A stretch of DNA of 64,000 bases from Octopus bimaculoides. Taxonomy: Eukaryota. The notes under the pieces are model-generated. The model saw nothing but the letters and a program-made list of their open reading frames with translations. It was not told the DNA's origin and ran no database searches. Location: the NCBI RefSeq assembly GCF_001194135.2, contig NC_068982.1, forward strand, positions 41,909,398 to 41,973,397. Reading direction: 5' to 3'. Below, one piece after another: positions 42,101-51,884 of this stretch (within the stretch, counting starts at the first letter, position 1; each line of letters begins with the position of its first letter). The translations under genes and the position numbers were made by a program.

Positions 42101-45017
42101 ACTGAACCTGAAACCATGTGGTTGGGAAAAAAACATTACACAACCCCATTTATACCTATGAGAAGTCTACTAATTAAATGTAATAGGTTTATGTTAACAT
42201 TTTAAAAATTTCAAATTCTAGATTTCTCTATTTTTGCCAGTAGAAATTTTTGCATTATTTTTTCAAAGCCTGTCCATTTTATACAACTTTCATACTATTT
42301 TAGTATTTTATTAAATTACACATTGTACAGGTGTGGTTCTTCATGAAGAAAACATTGGATTGCTTTCCCTTGCTTTACTTCAGCTGAAAAAAGATTTAGA
42401 AAATAAACCACCTCTGCAGGAAGCACAGCTTGCTCACCATGGTAATTTTAATTTTTTATGTTTTAAATATCATCATCATTATCGTCATCACATCATCATA
42501 TCCATCATGATAACCACTAATTTACTGTATTTTCCAGCATTCAAGTTGAAATTTTCAGGCCAAAATTTACCACTAAAAAATGTAGGTTGACTTATACACA
42601 AGACAACTTTGGAGGACCAAAAATTCCATGTGACATGTAGCAGGATTTTGAAAGATAGCATCAATGTTTGAGTGTTTATACTATATACTATATTCACTTC
42701 AGTACCGCCTGGCTGGCCTTTGTGCCAGTGGCATGTAAAAGCACCCACTACACTCTCGGAGTGGTTGGCGTGAGGAAGGGCATCCAGCTGTAGAAACTCT
42801 GCAAAATCAGATTGGAGCCTGGTGTAGCCATTGGGTTTCACCAGTCCTCAGTCAAATCGTCCAACCCATGCTAGCATGGAAAGCGGACATTAAACATGGA
42901 TGATGATAATGTTCACTTGTATGTTGGAAAATGCAGTAATAATTCCTTGGTTACCAGGAAGTATTTCTTGGTGTTTTCTATTGTCTCTGTCTTCAAATTT
43001 ACATTTTAAAAAGTAATTTAGTCCTTTTCAGGGCTTCTCAAACTGATTGGAGGAAGCAAAAAAGTTAACCACACACTAGATTCCATACTTGAATGTATGC
43101 AGCAGCAAGTACTCTGCTAAAAACACTCAAAGGCAAATATTGGTATTAAACTAAATCATAGATTAAGTCTGTCTCTCAAGAACAAGAACTACCCCTTTGA
43201 TGGTCTTCTTGCTGTTTCATCCTTATCAAATTTCACCCACAAAACTCTAGTTGACACCATACTATGGTAGAGGACAGTTGCCCATTGAGTCATGATATAC
43301 AATTGGTCCTGAAACCACATAAGTTGTAAAGCAAATTTCTTCCCCATGCAACTGTATTTTTACCCAAACTGTATCATGCAATACAAAGGGTGTTGCATGA
43401 TTCTAACATATTAGTTATGCTTGACTGATGTTTCTATATTAGGGCATTGAGTTATTTTAATTTTCATCCATCCATCCGTCCATCCATCTTTACTCACTAT
43501 TCTTTGGAGGGTCATTGTGGGTAGGGTCCTCAGACATCTTCCTCCATAGGATCCTATCAGATGCAACCATCATGAGACCTGCCAGCTGGATTTTCAGTCG
43601 TGACTGACTGAGACTATGGTTACTATCCAGCCGTCTCATTCTTGGTCTACCCCTAGGTCTCCTGCCAGTTGGCTCAGCTTGAAGAACTTGTCTTACATTT
43701 CTATTCTGAAACATTTTAATCTCATGTCTATAGTACCTGACATGAGATCTATCAATATAAAGAACTTGCAGCTCAACTTGGAGGAGCTCCCTGACTTTTG
43801 AGTTATGTGCCATATTGAGTAATGTTACTCTGGAGATCCTATGAAGGAACCACATTTCTGCAGCTTGTATTTGCAATTATACTCATTTGGCCATTACCCA
43901 ACATTGGTGATCTTTAGTAAGGATTGACATATAAACTGAATTGAAGATAGGAAGTTTTAATTTGTATTAGATTGATATTTTGTATTTTCTAAGTATGAAA
44001 TTGTAATGATTCTTTTTTTGATTATCTTTAAAATGTTTACAACTTTCATCTATGTTTTCTTCTTTCCAAGTTTCATTGGGGAGATTGAGTGAAAATATGA
44101 CCAAAGAGAAGACACCTTTTATTGCACACCAGAGCATGGTAAAAGCAGCTATATTTTTGTTTGAGAATTTAACGGCTGTTGGAGGGCAATTTACAGAGAA
44201 GGACGATTGTTTTGAAGCCATTGCTGACCTAAGAACATCAGAAGACAAGTAGGTGAAATGTTTACAAATCCTTCCTTCCTCCTTCCTTCCCTCCCATCAT
44301 ACAAGTGATGTAATTCATTTGCACTCTTCTGGGAAAACATTTTATGGTCAAGGACAGCTATTACTTTACTTGGAACTGGTAAAGATTGGTAAAAAGAAGG
44401 ACATCTGACTGTAAAAATCAGCCTTAATGAATTCTGCTTGACCTATACATGCATGGAAGAGTGGACATTAAAATTCAACATATAATCAAATGTGCCATGA
44501 ACATCTCTTGTTTTAGATGTATTTCCAATGTGACTTCTGAGTTTTAAGACAGTTGGATGTAATTTGAAGGAGATTTGGTAGTTATTTTTAGCAGGCTGTA
44601 TGACCACACAAGGATCTCTCTTTGGTTTTATGGTGTATATAAGATTGCATTTTGCATGTACAATATAAATGGAAGGTCAGTTGAATGAGTTGGTGATGTG
44701 TTTTTCACAATCTTAGTTTCTGATTGCAAGAGAGATAACTCTGTCAATACAGACATCTACTTAGAGTCGATTGCGTCAGTTGTATGAGAAATAGTATGCA
44801 AGAGTGAGCAGCCAAAACCTATAACATGTGCTATCTCAGTTCTATATTTAAGAGATGAAGAATTATGTACGTTATTTACAATTGACAGATATTTGTCTTC
44901 ATCTTGTTTGTTGTTAACACGTTTCAGCTGATATACCCTCCAGCCTTCATCAGGTGTCTTGGGGGAAATTTCGAACCTTGGTTCTCATTTCTAAGACATT
45001 TTTCGATGTTGTTGTTG

Positions 45018-45064
<47 letters not shown>

Positions 45065-45140
45065 GGCGTAGTGGTTAAGAGCTCTGGCTACTAACCCCAA
45101 GATTCCGAGTTCGATTCCAGGCAATGACCTGAATAATAAC

Positions 45141-45172
<32 letters not shown>

Positions 45173-45546
45173 TAATGATAGTAACAACAACAACATTGAA
45201 AAGTACCTTAAGAATGAGAACCCAGGTTCGAAATTTCCCCAAGACACCTGATGAAGGCTGGAGGGTATATCAGCTGAAACATTGTGTTAACAACTAACAA
45301 GATGAGGACAAATATCCATCAATTGTAAATAGTGTAAATAATGTGCTATCTTATTTAACAAAGTTTTCTTTTGTTGTTTCTGGCCAGGACCATACTGATT
45401 TCTTGGAGTATGTTGGAACTTAAATCATGTCTCCATTTTTAAAATGACAATCTTTTGAGGCTGGTATTAGGCACAGGGCATTAAATTATAAAATGTTGCT
45501 TCAAATAAATCCCTTTACAAACTGCAGAAAAATAGATGTTTTATAT

Positions 45547-45580
<34 letters not shown>

Positions 45581-47774
45581 CTTTATGATGTGGTGCTCAA
45601 GTACAAGAAAATACCAGATATATTAGAGGTCAATATAGTACATTGCTTTAAACTCTGTAGATCCACATGTACAGTGCTTATCAGAGTACAATACTGCATA
45701 TACTGCAGAATGGGCTACAACAGATATGAACAGAGGAAAACATTTGGAAAAACAACAGAAAACAATACCAGTGATTTTAGTAGTGTATGAATGAATATTT
45801 TGAAATATTCATACAACACAGATATTGTTTTTTGTTGTTATGTCAAATATATGTGTGTGTGTGTGTACCATGTAACCACACATGCTTTTCTTGGACTATT
45901 CTTTTCCATCTCTTCAGATCATTCCTCTTTTCTCTTTCTGATGCTTGAAGCATCACCCAACTCTTTTCTCCATCTTAAACTGAGTGTCAGCCTAACACAT
46001 GCACTGTATATGTCCTTCTGACACTTTTGTCATTTTTGTTTTATTTTTGATTTGGCTTTATATATTTGTGAACAGTGAGGAAATTTATAAATCATTTAGA
46101 TTATGTTGAAGGGGTTATTAAAACATAATTATGTTTTGTATATGTTTAATTAATGTGTCCTTGTTTACTTATTTTATATCTTGTCTATGAACTGCTAAAG
46201 TTGATTTTTTTCACTTGAAAATACTTATAACTTATGTTCAACTTTGCCCATTTTTCTTTAGCCATTTTGATTCAATCTGAATTTTTTCTTCAATATTCAG
46301 GAAAGTTCAAATGAAACTGTGCTTGTTTAAAGAAAAAGGTATTTGGAAAAAAGAATACTTCCTGAAGTTTAACGATGGGAGTGTTATTGATAAACTTCCA
46401 CCAGAACTTGTAAGGAAAACCAGATCTGGACTTGGTATGTGTTTACCTCTGTATTCTTTTTTTTTTATACTGTTGAAGAAATAATAATAATAATTTCATT
46501 GTGTAACAACTCTGTATCACAGAATTGATTTTTTAAAAACTTTGATACCTGGATATAGTGTTCTCAGATAACACTGTGTAACATGATATTTGTTCTTGGG
46601 TAGCAACTGTTATTTCCTATTAGCTTACCCCTAGAAAGTATGAAAAATGGCTAATATTTCCTTCAAACTTTGCTTTTGTTACATTTATTCAAACCTCAGC
46701 AATGCACCTATTGTCAAACTACTAAGGGACATGTTGAAGTGGTTAAAGTCAAGCAAGTGACAAGCAAATCTGTGGTATTGAGCAGTGTATTTGCTCTAAT
46801 GATATTTCTGCTTCAGCAACTCAACACTAAGTTTGTCTGAAATGTAATAGGAAATAGGTCAGTTTCAAAACATTAATGTCCACATTACAAAAGCAAAGTT
46901 TGAAGGGAATAGTAGTCATTAGCTTTGATTTCTAGATAGAAGCAAATAGGAAATAATACTTACTGACCCAAGACAAAAAAAAAAAAAAGTAACACAACAC
47001 AATCTAAATTTAGCTAACAAAGAAAATAATTGAAACTAGAAAAATTCAGAGGAGAACAATAATATTTTTAACTACTACAGCAAAATGAATGTTTGTTATT
47101 AATTAGCAAAATCATTAGAGCATTGGACATAATGCTTTGTGGTCTTTAGTTATGCACTTTACATTTGAGTTCTATTGCTGCTGAGGTCAACTTTGCTTTT
47201 TATCTTTCCAGGATGTTATAATTATTGGATGACAGTTTATATAATTCATGTGGCAGTTCTTTCTGAATGTCAACATTTACCTAGTTTACCTCAAATTCAT
47301 GTTATTGGCTTATTTGAGTTCTTTCCTTTGGACTCATTTTGTTTAATAGTACTCTTGTAACTTTAGCAGTCAGATTTCAACTTGTAACCTTACCTTACAT
47401 GATTTTGTATTATGTACTAAAATAGAACTCAACACTAACAATCCTTTCTACTATAGGCACAAGGGGGCTAGTTGATTACACCCCCACCCCAGTACTTAAA
47501 TGATACTTATTTTATTGACTCTGAAAGAATGAGAGGCAATGTTGACCTAGGTGGAATTTGAATTCAGAATGTAAAGCTTAAAGAAATTCCACTAAGCATT
47601 TTTTCGAACATGTTGACAATTCTGTCAGTTCACTGCCTTAAACAATGTACTAATAATATTTATGAGTATTTGGTCACATTTATACAGAACAACAATGACA
47701 GATCATGATGACAAGTCAGTCAAGCAGGAGTCTATTTCATATGTAGATAATGAAAACTGTTATTAAATATATGT

Positions 47775-47823
<49 letters not shown>

Positions 47824-48146
47824 NNNNNNNNNNNNNNNNNNNNNNNNNNNNNNNNNNNNNNNNNNNNNNNNNNNNNNNNNNNNNNNNNNNNNNNNNNNNN
47901 NNNNNNNNNNNNNNNNNNNNNNNNNNNNNNNNNNNNNNNNNNNNNNNNNNNNNNNNNNNNNNNNNNNNNNNNNNNNNNNNNNNNNNNNNNNNNNNNNNNN
48001 NNNNNNNNNNNNNNNNNNNNNNNNNNNNNNNNNNNNNNNNNNNNNNNNNNNNNNNNNNNNNNNNNNNNNNNNNNNNNNNNNNNNNNNNNNNNNNNNNNNN
48101 NNNNNNNNNNNNNNNNNNNNNNNNNNNNNNNNNNNNNNNNNNNNNN

Positions 48147-48188
<42 letters not shown>

Positions 48189-49266
48189 TGTCCCTAAATA
48201 TAACTAAGATGTTAGAAACACCCACATTGCTAGAAATAAGAGCTAAAATGCTCTAATGCTTTAATCAAAGCACATAATTGTATACATATATACTGACTCC
48301 CACCCACATTAGCATTGAAGGCAGATGTTAAATGTCGATGATGATGATGATATACTGAGTTCTCCTTTTTGGTAAAACTTTGCATATTGCTGTCTATATT
48401 AATTTTCTGTATATGGATTAGTGATTCGCTAAATCATCCATTGGTTTTTATATTGAAAACATATATACTGACAGAATTCAGTCTGAAATCTGCTGAAGTT
48501 GAGCCTGTCCTTACTGACAAGGCAATGGAAATTGCAAAACTGACCAGTTAGTATAAGGAATTCTTGATCAGTGTTTTTGGGTGATTATAGTCCCTGTCAG
48601 TATATGTATACAATTATGTGCTTTGACTACAGATGTCATAGCTGAAGGTCTTGGCACTTCAGCCAAAAGATTGTTAGTTTTATTTTTCTCTCTTGCACTT
48701 TATGCTTACAGGCTCAACCTGCTTCATAGAATATATGTAGCAAGAGGACTTATAAACTCATTGAGGAATATGTCAACGGATAGTGCTTTGAATCAAATTT
48801 CCCCATTGACTACTGGGAATAGACTAGGTGTGAACTGGTTTAGCTGTGACATACTTTTAATTTCCATTTGTAGTTAATTCACTTTAAATAAGCTCTAATT
48901 CTCCTGAAAAGTGTAAATGCACCATAGATTGCATTCACTCTTCAAATAAAAGTTTTTGGCATTATGCATACAGGAAAACAAGTAGGAAACCATTGTTGCA
49001 TAACTTTCCCCCAAAATGCTAGAACATAATGTTTATTTCTAGAACTAGATTTGAAAACAATACCTTCAAAATTGGAAGGTGTGTGTGTATGCATGTGTAT
49101 TTTATTTTAAAAATGATTTGCATATTATTTTTTCCTTGTAGGAATGTTTATGGAAGATCTCCTTCACTTTTCTGAAAAATTACTTGGAGTAAGAGATGTC
49201 CATGACACAGAAGAATTGACTATAAAAACGATCGACCTTATTGAAAAGGTTCATAGTTATTTCTAA
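28376..49266 (+). CDS. BLVRA: Biliverdin reductase A-like protein, 7 coding exons (28376-28503, 35027-35140, 40618-40715, 42331-42441, 44071-44248, 46301-46434, 49142-49266), 888 nt = 295 aa + stop
   Basis: All introns are GT-AG, phases join (2,2,1,1,2,1) and there are no internal stops. The protein is colinear with human BVR-A (296 aa): FGVVVVGIGMAGQIRIRDL, LIGYVSRR, AGKHVLVEYP, LHEE, LFENL, MFMEDLLHFSEKLLG. Confidence 0.95.
35027..35140 (+). CDS. BLVRA: BLVRA coding exon 2 (RKLDLDLLSLTLQEALNRSDVHVIIICTEAEAHEETIR)
   Basis: TTTCCAG| acceptor, AG|GTAAGT donor, 114 nt. Aligns to human [28 protein letters not shown]. Confidence 0.93.
35315..35620 (+). mobile_element. Further tRNA-headed SINE family; copies at ~13915-14230, 14425-14550 and related 41200-41530(-)
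   Basis: Shared head (GGTTAGGGT...GTTCAAT(T/A)CCTG...TTGAGCAAG.CAC) and body (CCACTCAG.TGG.AAAAATGAGTAG). Confidence 0.7.
36930..38135 (+). mobile_element. RTE-clade LINE reverse transcriptase fragment in BLVRA intron 2
   Basis: ORFs 37162..37551, 37587..37775 and 37776..38297 give NYRGIKLL, QFGFVPGRST, AFVDLEKAFDRVP, GVYQGSVLSP and LLYADDL. It is cut off at an inverted SINE near 38140. Confidence 0.93.
40618..40715 (+). CDS. BLVRA: BLVRA coding exon 3 (KSLEAGKHVLVEYPIVMNVTVAKELYQMASSKG)
   Basis: TTACAG| acceptor, G|GTGCTA donor, 98 nt. Contains the AGKHVLVEYP motif of the Gfo/Idh/MocA-BVR family. Confidence 0.95.
42331..42441 (+). CDS. BLVRA: BLVRA coding exon 4 (VVLHEENIGLLSLALLQLKKDLENKPPLQEAQLAHH)
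   Basis: TGTACAG| acceptor, G|GTAATT donor, 111 nt. LHEE motif; overlaps ORF 42333..42590. Confidence 0.92.
42700..42910 (+). mobile_element. (GAT)n-tailed SINE/LINE-tail family. Other copies: ~1-230(-), 300-440(-), 6040-6270, 8330-8545, 11320-11470(-), 15620-15805(-), 31770-31920, 35770-35900(-), 39720-39920(-), 40270-40480, 50190-50480(-)
   Basis: Shared AAAAGCACCC...AGGAAGGGCATCCAGC...CCATGC(T/C)AGCATGG...(GAT)n. Explains the many ...WLDALP... ORFs in the ORF track. Confidence 0.85.
43455..43900 (-). mobile_element. RTE (Expander-like) LINE 3' fragment with (GGAT)n tail, BLVRA intron 4
   Basis: ORF 43490..43876 (QAAEMWFLHRI...GRRPRGRPRMRRLD); (CATC)n at 43465-43487. Confidence 0.85.
44071..44248 (+). 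CDS. BLVRA: BLVRA coding exon 5 (SLGRLSENMTKEKTPFIAHQSMVKAAIFLFENLTAVGGQFTEKDDCFEAIADLRTSED)
   Basis: TCTTTCCAAG| acceptor (AAG, the only nearby in-phase AG I found) and AA|GTAGGT donor, 178 nt. SMVKAAIFLFENL aligns to human SRLTWLVSLFGEL. Confidence 0.85.
44841..45340. mobile_element. Palindromic composite: tRNA-like head flanked by two inverted arms carrying hammerhead-ribozyme-like motifs
   Basis: A box TGGCGTAGTGG and B box GAGTTCGATTCC at ~45063-45120. Arms at ~44874-45060 and ~45140-45330 are reverse complements, each with CTGATGA-stem-GAAAC. A solitary arm copy is at ~32840-32970. Confidence 0.75.
46301..46434 (+). CDS. BLVRA: BLVRA coding exon 6 (KVQMKLCLFKEKGIWKKEYFLKFNDGSVIDKLPPELVRKTRSGL)
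   Basis: TATTCAG| acceptor, G|GTATGT donor, 134 nt, in phase. Aligns to human EKGPGLKRNRYLSFHFKSGSL. Confidence 0.88.
47765..48185. repeat. (AT)n microsatellite spanning an assembly gap
   Basis: (AT)n on both sides of the N run. Confidence 0.95.
49142..49266 (+). CDS. BLVRA: BLVRA coding exon 7 (GMFMEDLLHFSEKLLGVRDVHDTEELTIKTIDLIEKVHSYF*)
   Basis: TTTCCTTGTAG| acceptor, TAA at 49264-49266. Aligns to human IFLKDQNIFVQKLLG...GLAEEIQKY. Confidence 0.92.
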
Positions 49267-50652
49267 TGCAAAATTTCGAATTTATATTCCTCTGGAAATT
49301 GTAGGCTTAACTCTTTAGCATTCAGATTACTCTGTCAAATGTAATGCTTATTTATTCACTTTGTTTTAAATTAATCATGCATTATCTCATAGGTTTTGAT
49401 GATGTGATTGTTTATTTTTAGAATGACATTTTTGGGTAGGTGTGAGAGGCCAGATCTGTCTGGTCTGAACATAAAACAGGTAGAATATTTTTGTCAGATA
49501 TGGTTGGTTTAAATGCTAAAGGCTTAAGAATTTCTAGAAAGGACTTACTGGGAGCTATATTAGCAGGGTTGATGAGGAAAACAAAAAAAATGTTCTTAAT
49601 TTTTCTCGATGGCAAACTTCTTTCGAGATTAAATGAGAAAGAATTTTCGTAATTTCTGGACATTTGAATCGCATTTAATTCCAAATACTCAATTTTTGAA
49701 AGAATTTTATCTTTCCCTTTTGATCTCAGGACAAATACTCAATTTTTGCGGGAATTTTATCTTTTTTTTTCTTTCATCCATGATGAAGGGACATCTGATG
49801 CATAATACTCACAAAATATTATTACTCTGGTATATGTATTTTCCAAATTCTAACTCCTCCCCTCCAAAAAGAAGAGAAAGAATCATGTATGTTACTTGTG
49901 CATATTTTAGTATTGGAAAAGTATCTACTTTGTAAATCAGCCTCCCTGAACATGCTAACTTTGATGACTCTCTGTTTCTTGGTTGTTGCCAATACATTTC
50001 ATGGCAACCCTGAATTACAATATATATAATGCAATAAGATTTTTAACATTAGCTTATAGTAGTTGCATGCTTTGGGTGAGGAAGAAGTTAATTAATCCAT
50101 CACTTGACAGATTTATTAAATAGTTTCCAGTAGAACCAAAGACAAGTTGACACTGCCATGATTTAAATTCTATACATAAAAAATTCTTATCATCATCATT
50201 TAATGCCCATTTTTCATGCTGGCATGGGTTGGATGGCTTGATGGAAGGTGGCAAGCCAAAGGGCTGCAGGCTGCAGTTGTCTGTTTTGGCAAGGTTTCTA
50301 TGGCTGGATGCCCTTCCTAATGTTGACTACTTTAGAGTGTACTGGGCGTTTTTTACATGGTGTCAGCATGAGTGTTTCTCTTTACGTAGCACTGGCATGG
50401 GTGCATTTCTATGCAATGCCACCACAGGTGCTTCCTTATGTGGTACCAGCACAGGTGCTTTTTACATGGTGCTGGCATCTGATCTTGAAAGAAGTCTGCC
50501 ATCAAGAAAAATTAAGAACATTCCTTTGTTTTTCTTTTTTTTTTTAACATCAGACCCTACTATTATAGCTCCCAGTACGTCCTTTCTGGGAATTCTTAAG
50601 CCTACAATTTCAAGAGGAATAAAAATGGGAAATTTTATGTTAAAAATAACTA
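49254..50652. repeat. Long inverted repeat: left arm 49254-49310 + 49524-49629 (split by a MITE), right arm 50482-50652
   Basis: By-eye alignment: the outer 57-nt block matches ungapped with about 8 mismatches, and the inner block is also visible as a LERSLPSRKIKN peptide in both ORFs 49418..49684(-) and 50229..50699(+). Confidence 0.85.
49311..49523. mobile_element. TTAA-targeting (piggyBac-like) MITE; further copies at ~1634-1867 and ~6369-6592
   Basis: Ends of the form C(C/T)CTTTAGCATT...AATGCTAAAGG with TTAA duplicated at 49307-49310 and 49524-49527. The three copies share internal sequence. Confidence 0.75.
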
Positions 50653-51669
50653 AACCAGTTAATCTTTTCAAACAATTCTTTTTAAAACTTCAATATTAAA
50701 ACTCTATTAATTCAGCTAAGAATTTTATCAGCTGAACTCAATGACTCAATTTTTTAACCAGCAGGCAATAGTGTTGAAGAACTCCACTTCACATTCCAGA
50801 ATTGGTCAGAACTATTTATATGAAAATTGTACCATTACAATTGTAGCTTTATAATTGTGCTATTGGAAGAAGAATTGAATATTAACATCTTTCTACATTG
50901 AGCTATTCTAACACTATTTGGAACATTCCCAGTAAGCAATAACTCTGTAAAAAATGAAAAAATGCTAACAAACCAAAGTAACAGCTAATGTACCTGAGAA
51001 ACTTCAAATTTTCTTAAATATTCTAATTCAAATTGTGCATTAAAATAAGTCCAACTTTCCTTACATCAGAATATTTTCTTTGACATTGAAGTATACTTTT
51101 GTTTCAGCCATTCATTATTTTCTGTTAATCTTTTATCTTCAGAATATCTAAGAAAAATTTATACCATGTTTTTTTCCTTTCTCATTTCACATTTTCTCTT
51201 GCATTGGTCAGATGAATCAGTAAGAGAAGTATTTTTATACTTGGTTAGTTTCTATAACATTCCCTCTTACTACCACAAAGTGTAGTACCTAACTCTAAAC
51301 GATATGACAGTGAGTTGTAAGCAGCAGCAGCAGCTGTAGTGATGTAATATTGTTTTCACTGAGTGTCATGACTTGTTTTAAAACAACTTAGAAAATTAAA
51401 AAAAAAAAAAACGTAGATAGGTTCATATTTCAGAGGAAAAGCTAATGTACTAGTTAGATACACAGGATTAGCCATATGGTTTTGTGGTTGAGAAGTTTTG
51501 TTTCACATTTATATAGTATTGGGTTCAATCTCTCTGCATGCACCTTGGGCAAGTATCTTCAACCATATCCTGTCGCTGTCCTGTCACCACCTCATTTTCA
51601 TAATTTTGATCTGTGTGTTTTCCTGGACATTTTCAACCTAAATAGAAGTATGACTGCTTCCAGCTAATT

Positions 51670-51860
51670 TAACCTTTCGAATATGATAGAGAAATTGAAA
51701 ACCGAGGAGGATGCGGTTTCTTACTTGCAAAATGACACTATATGAACAAAAAGATGCTTCGCGGGAAAATTTACTGGTGGTGCTCTCGAAAAGGATGCAA
51801 CAAGTGTGTCTGTTAGAAAAGATGCACATGGTTGGAAGGTGGCTCTCCGGAAGGACTTGA
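51670..51860 (+). mobile_element. Probable Merlin/IS1595-like transposase N-terminal fragment
   Basis: Broken translation KLKTEEDAVSYLQ...YWWCSRKGCNK.VSVRK..WLEG resembles the Merlin zinc-ribbon region. Confidence 0.5.
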
Positions 51861-51884
51861 AATAGATTTTCGTAATTGCGGACC

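Noticed and set aside
45063-45135. tRNA gene
   Set aside because: It has A/B boxes but no complete cloverleaf or acceptor stem, and it is embedded in a repeat. Treated as a SINE head, as are the other tRNA-like heads.
47737-48225. Long ORFs across N gaps (also 60026-60656 and 63552-63887)
   Set aside because: Artifacts of N runs and (AT)n microsatellites.
28376-49266. Horizontal transfer of BVR from cyanobacteria
   Set aside because: The gene has six spliceosomal introns, five at positions I recall as shared with human BLVRA, and is colinear with the vertebrate protein, which favours vertical descent.
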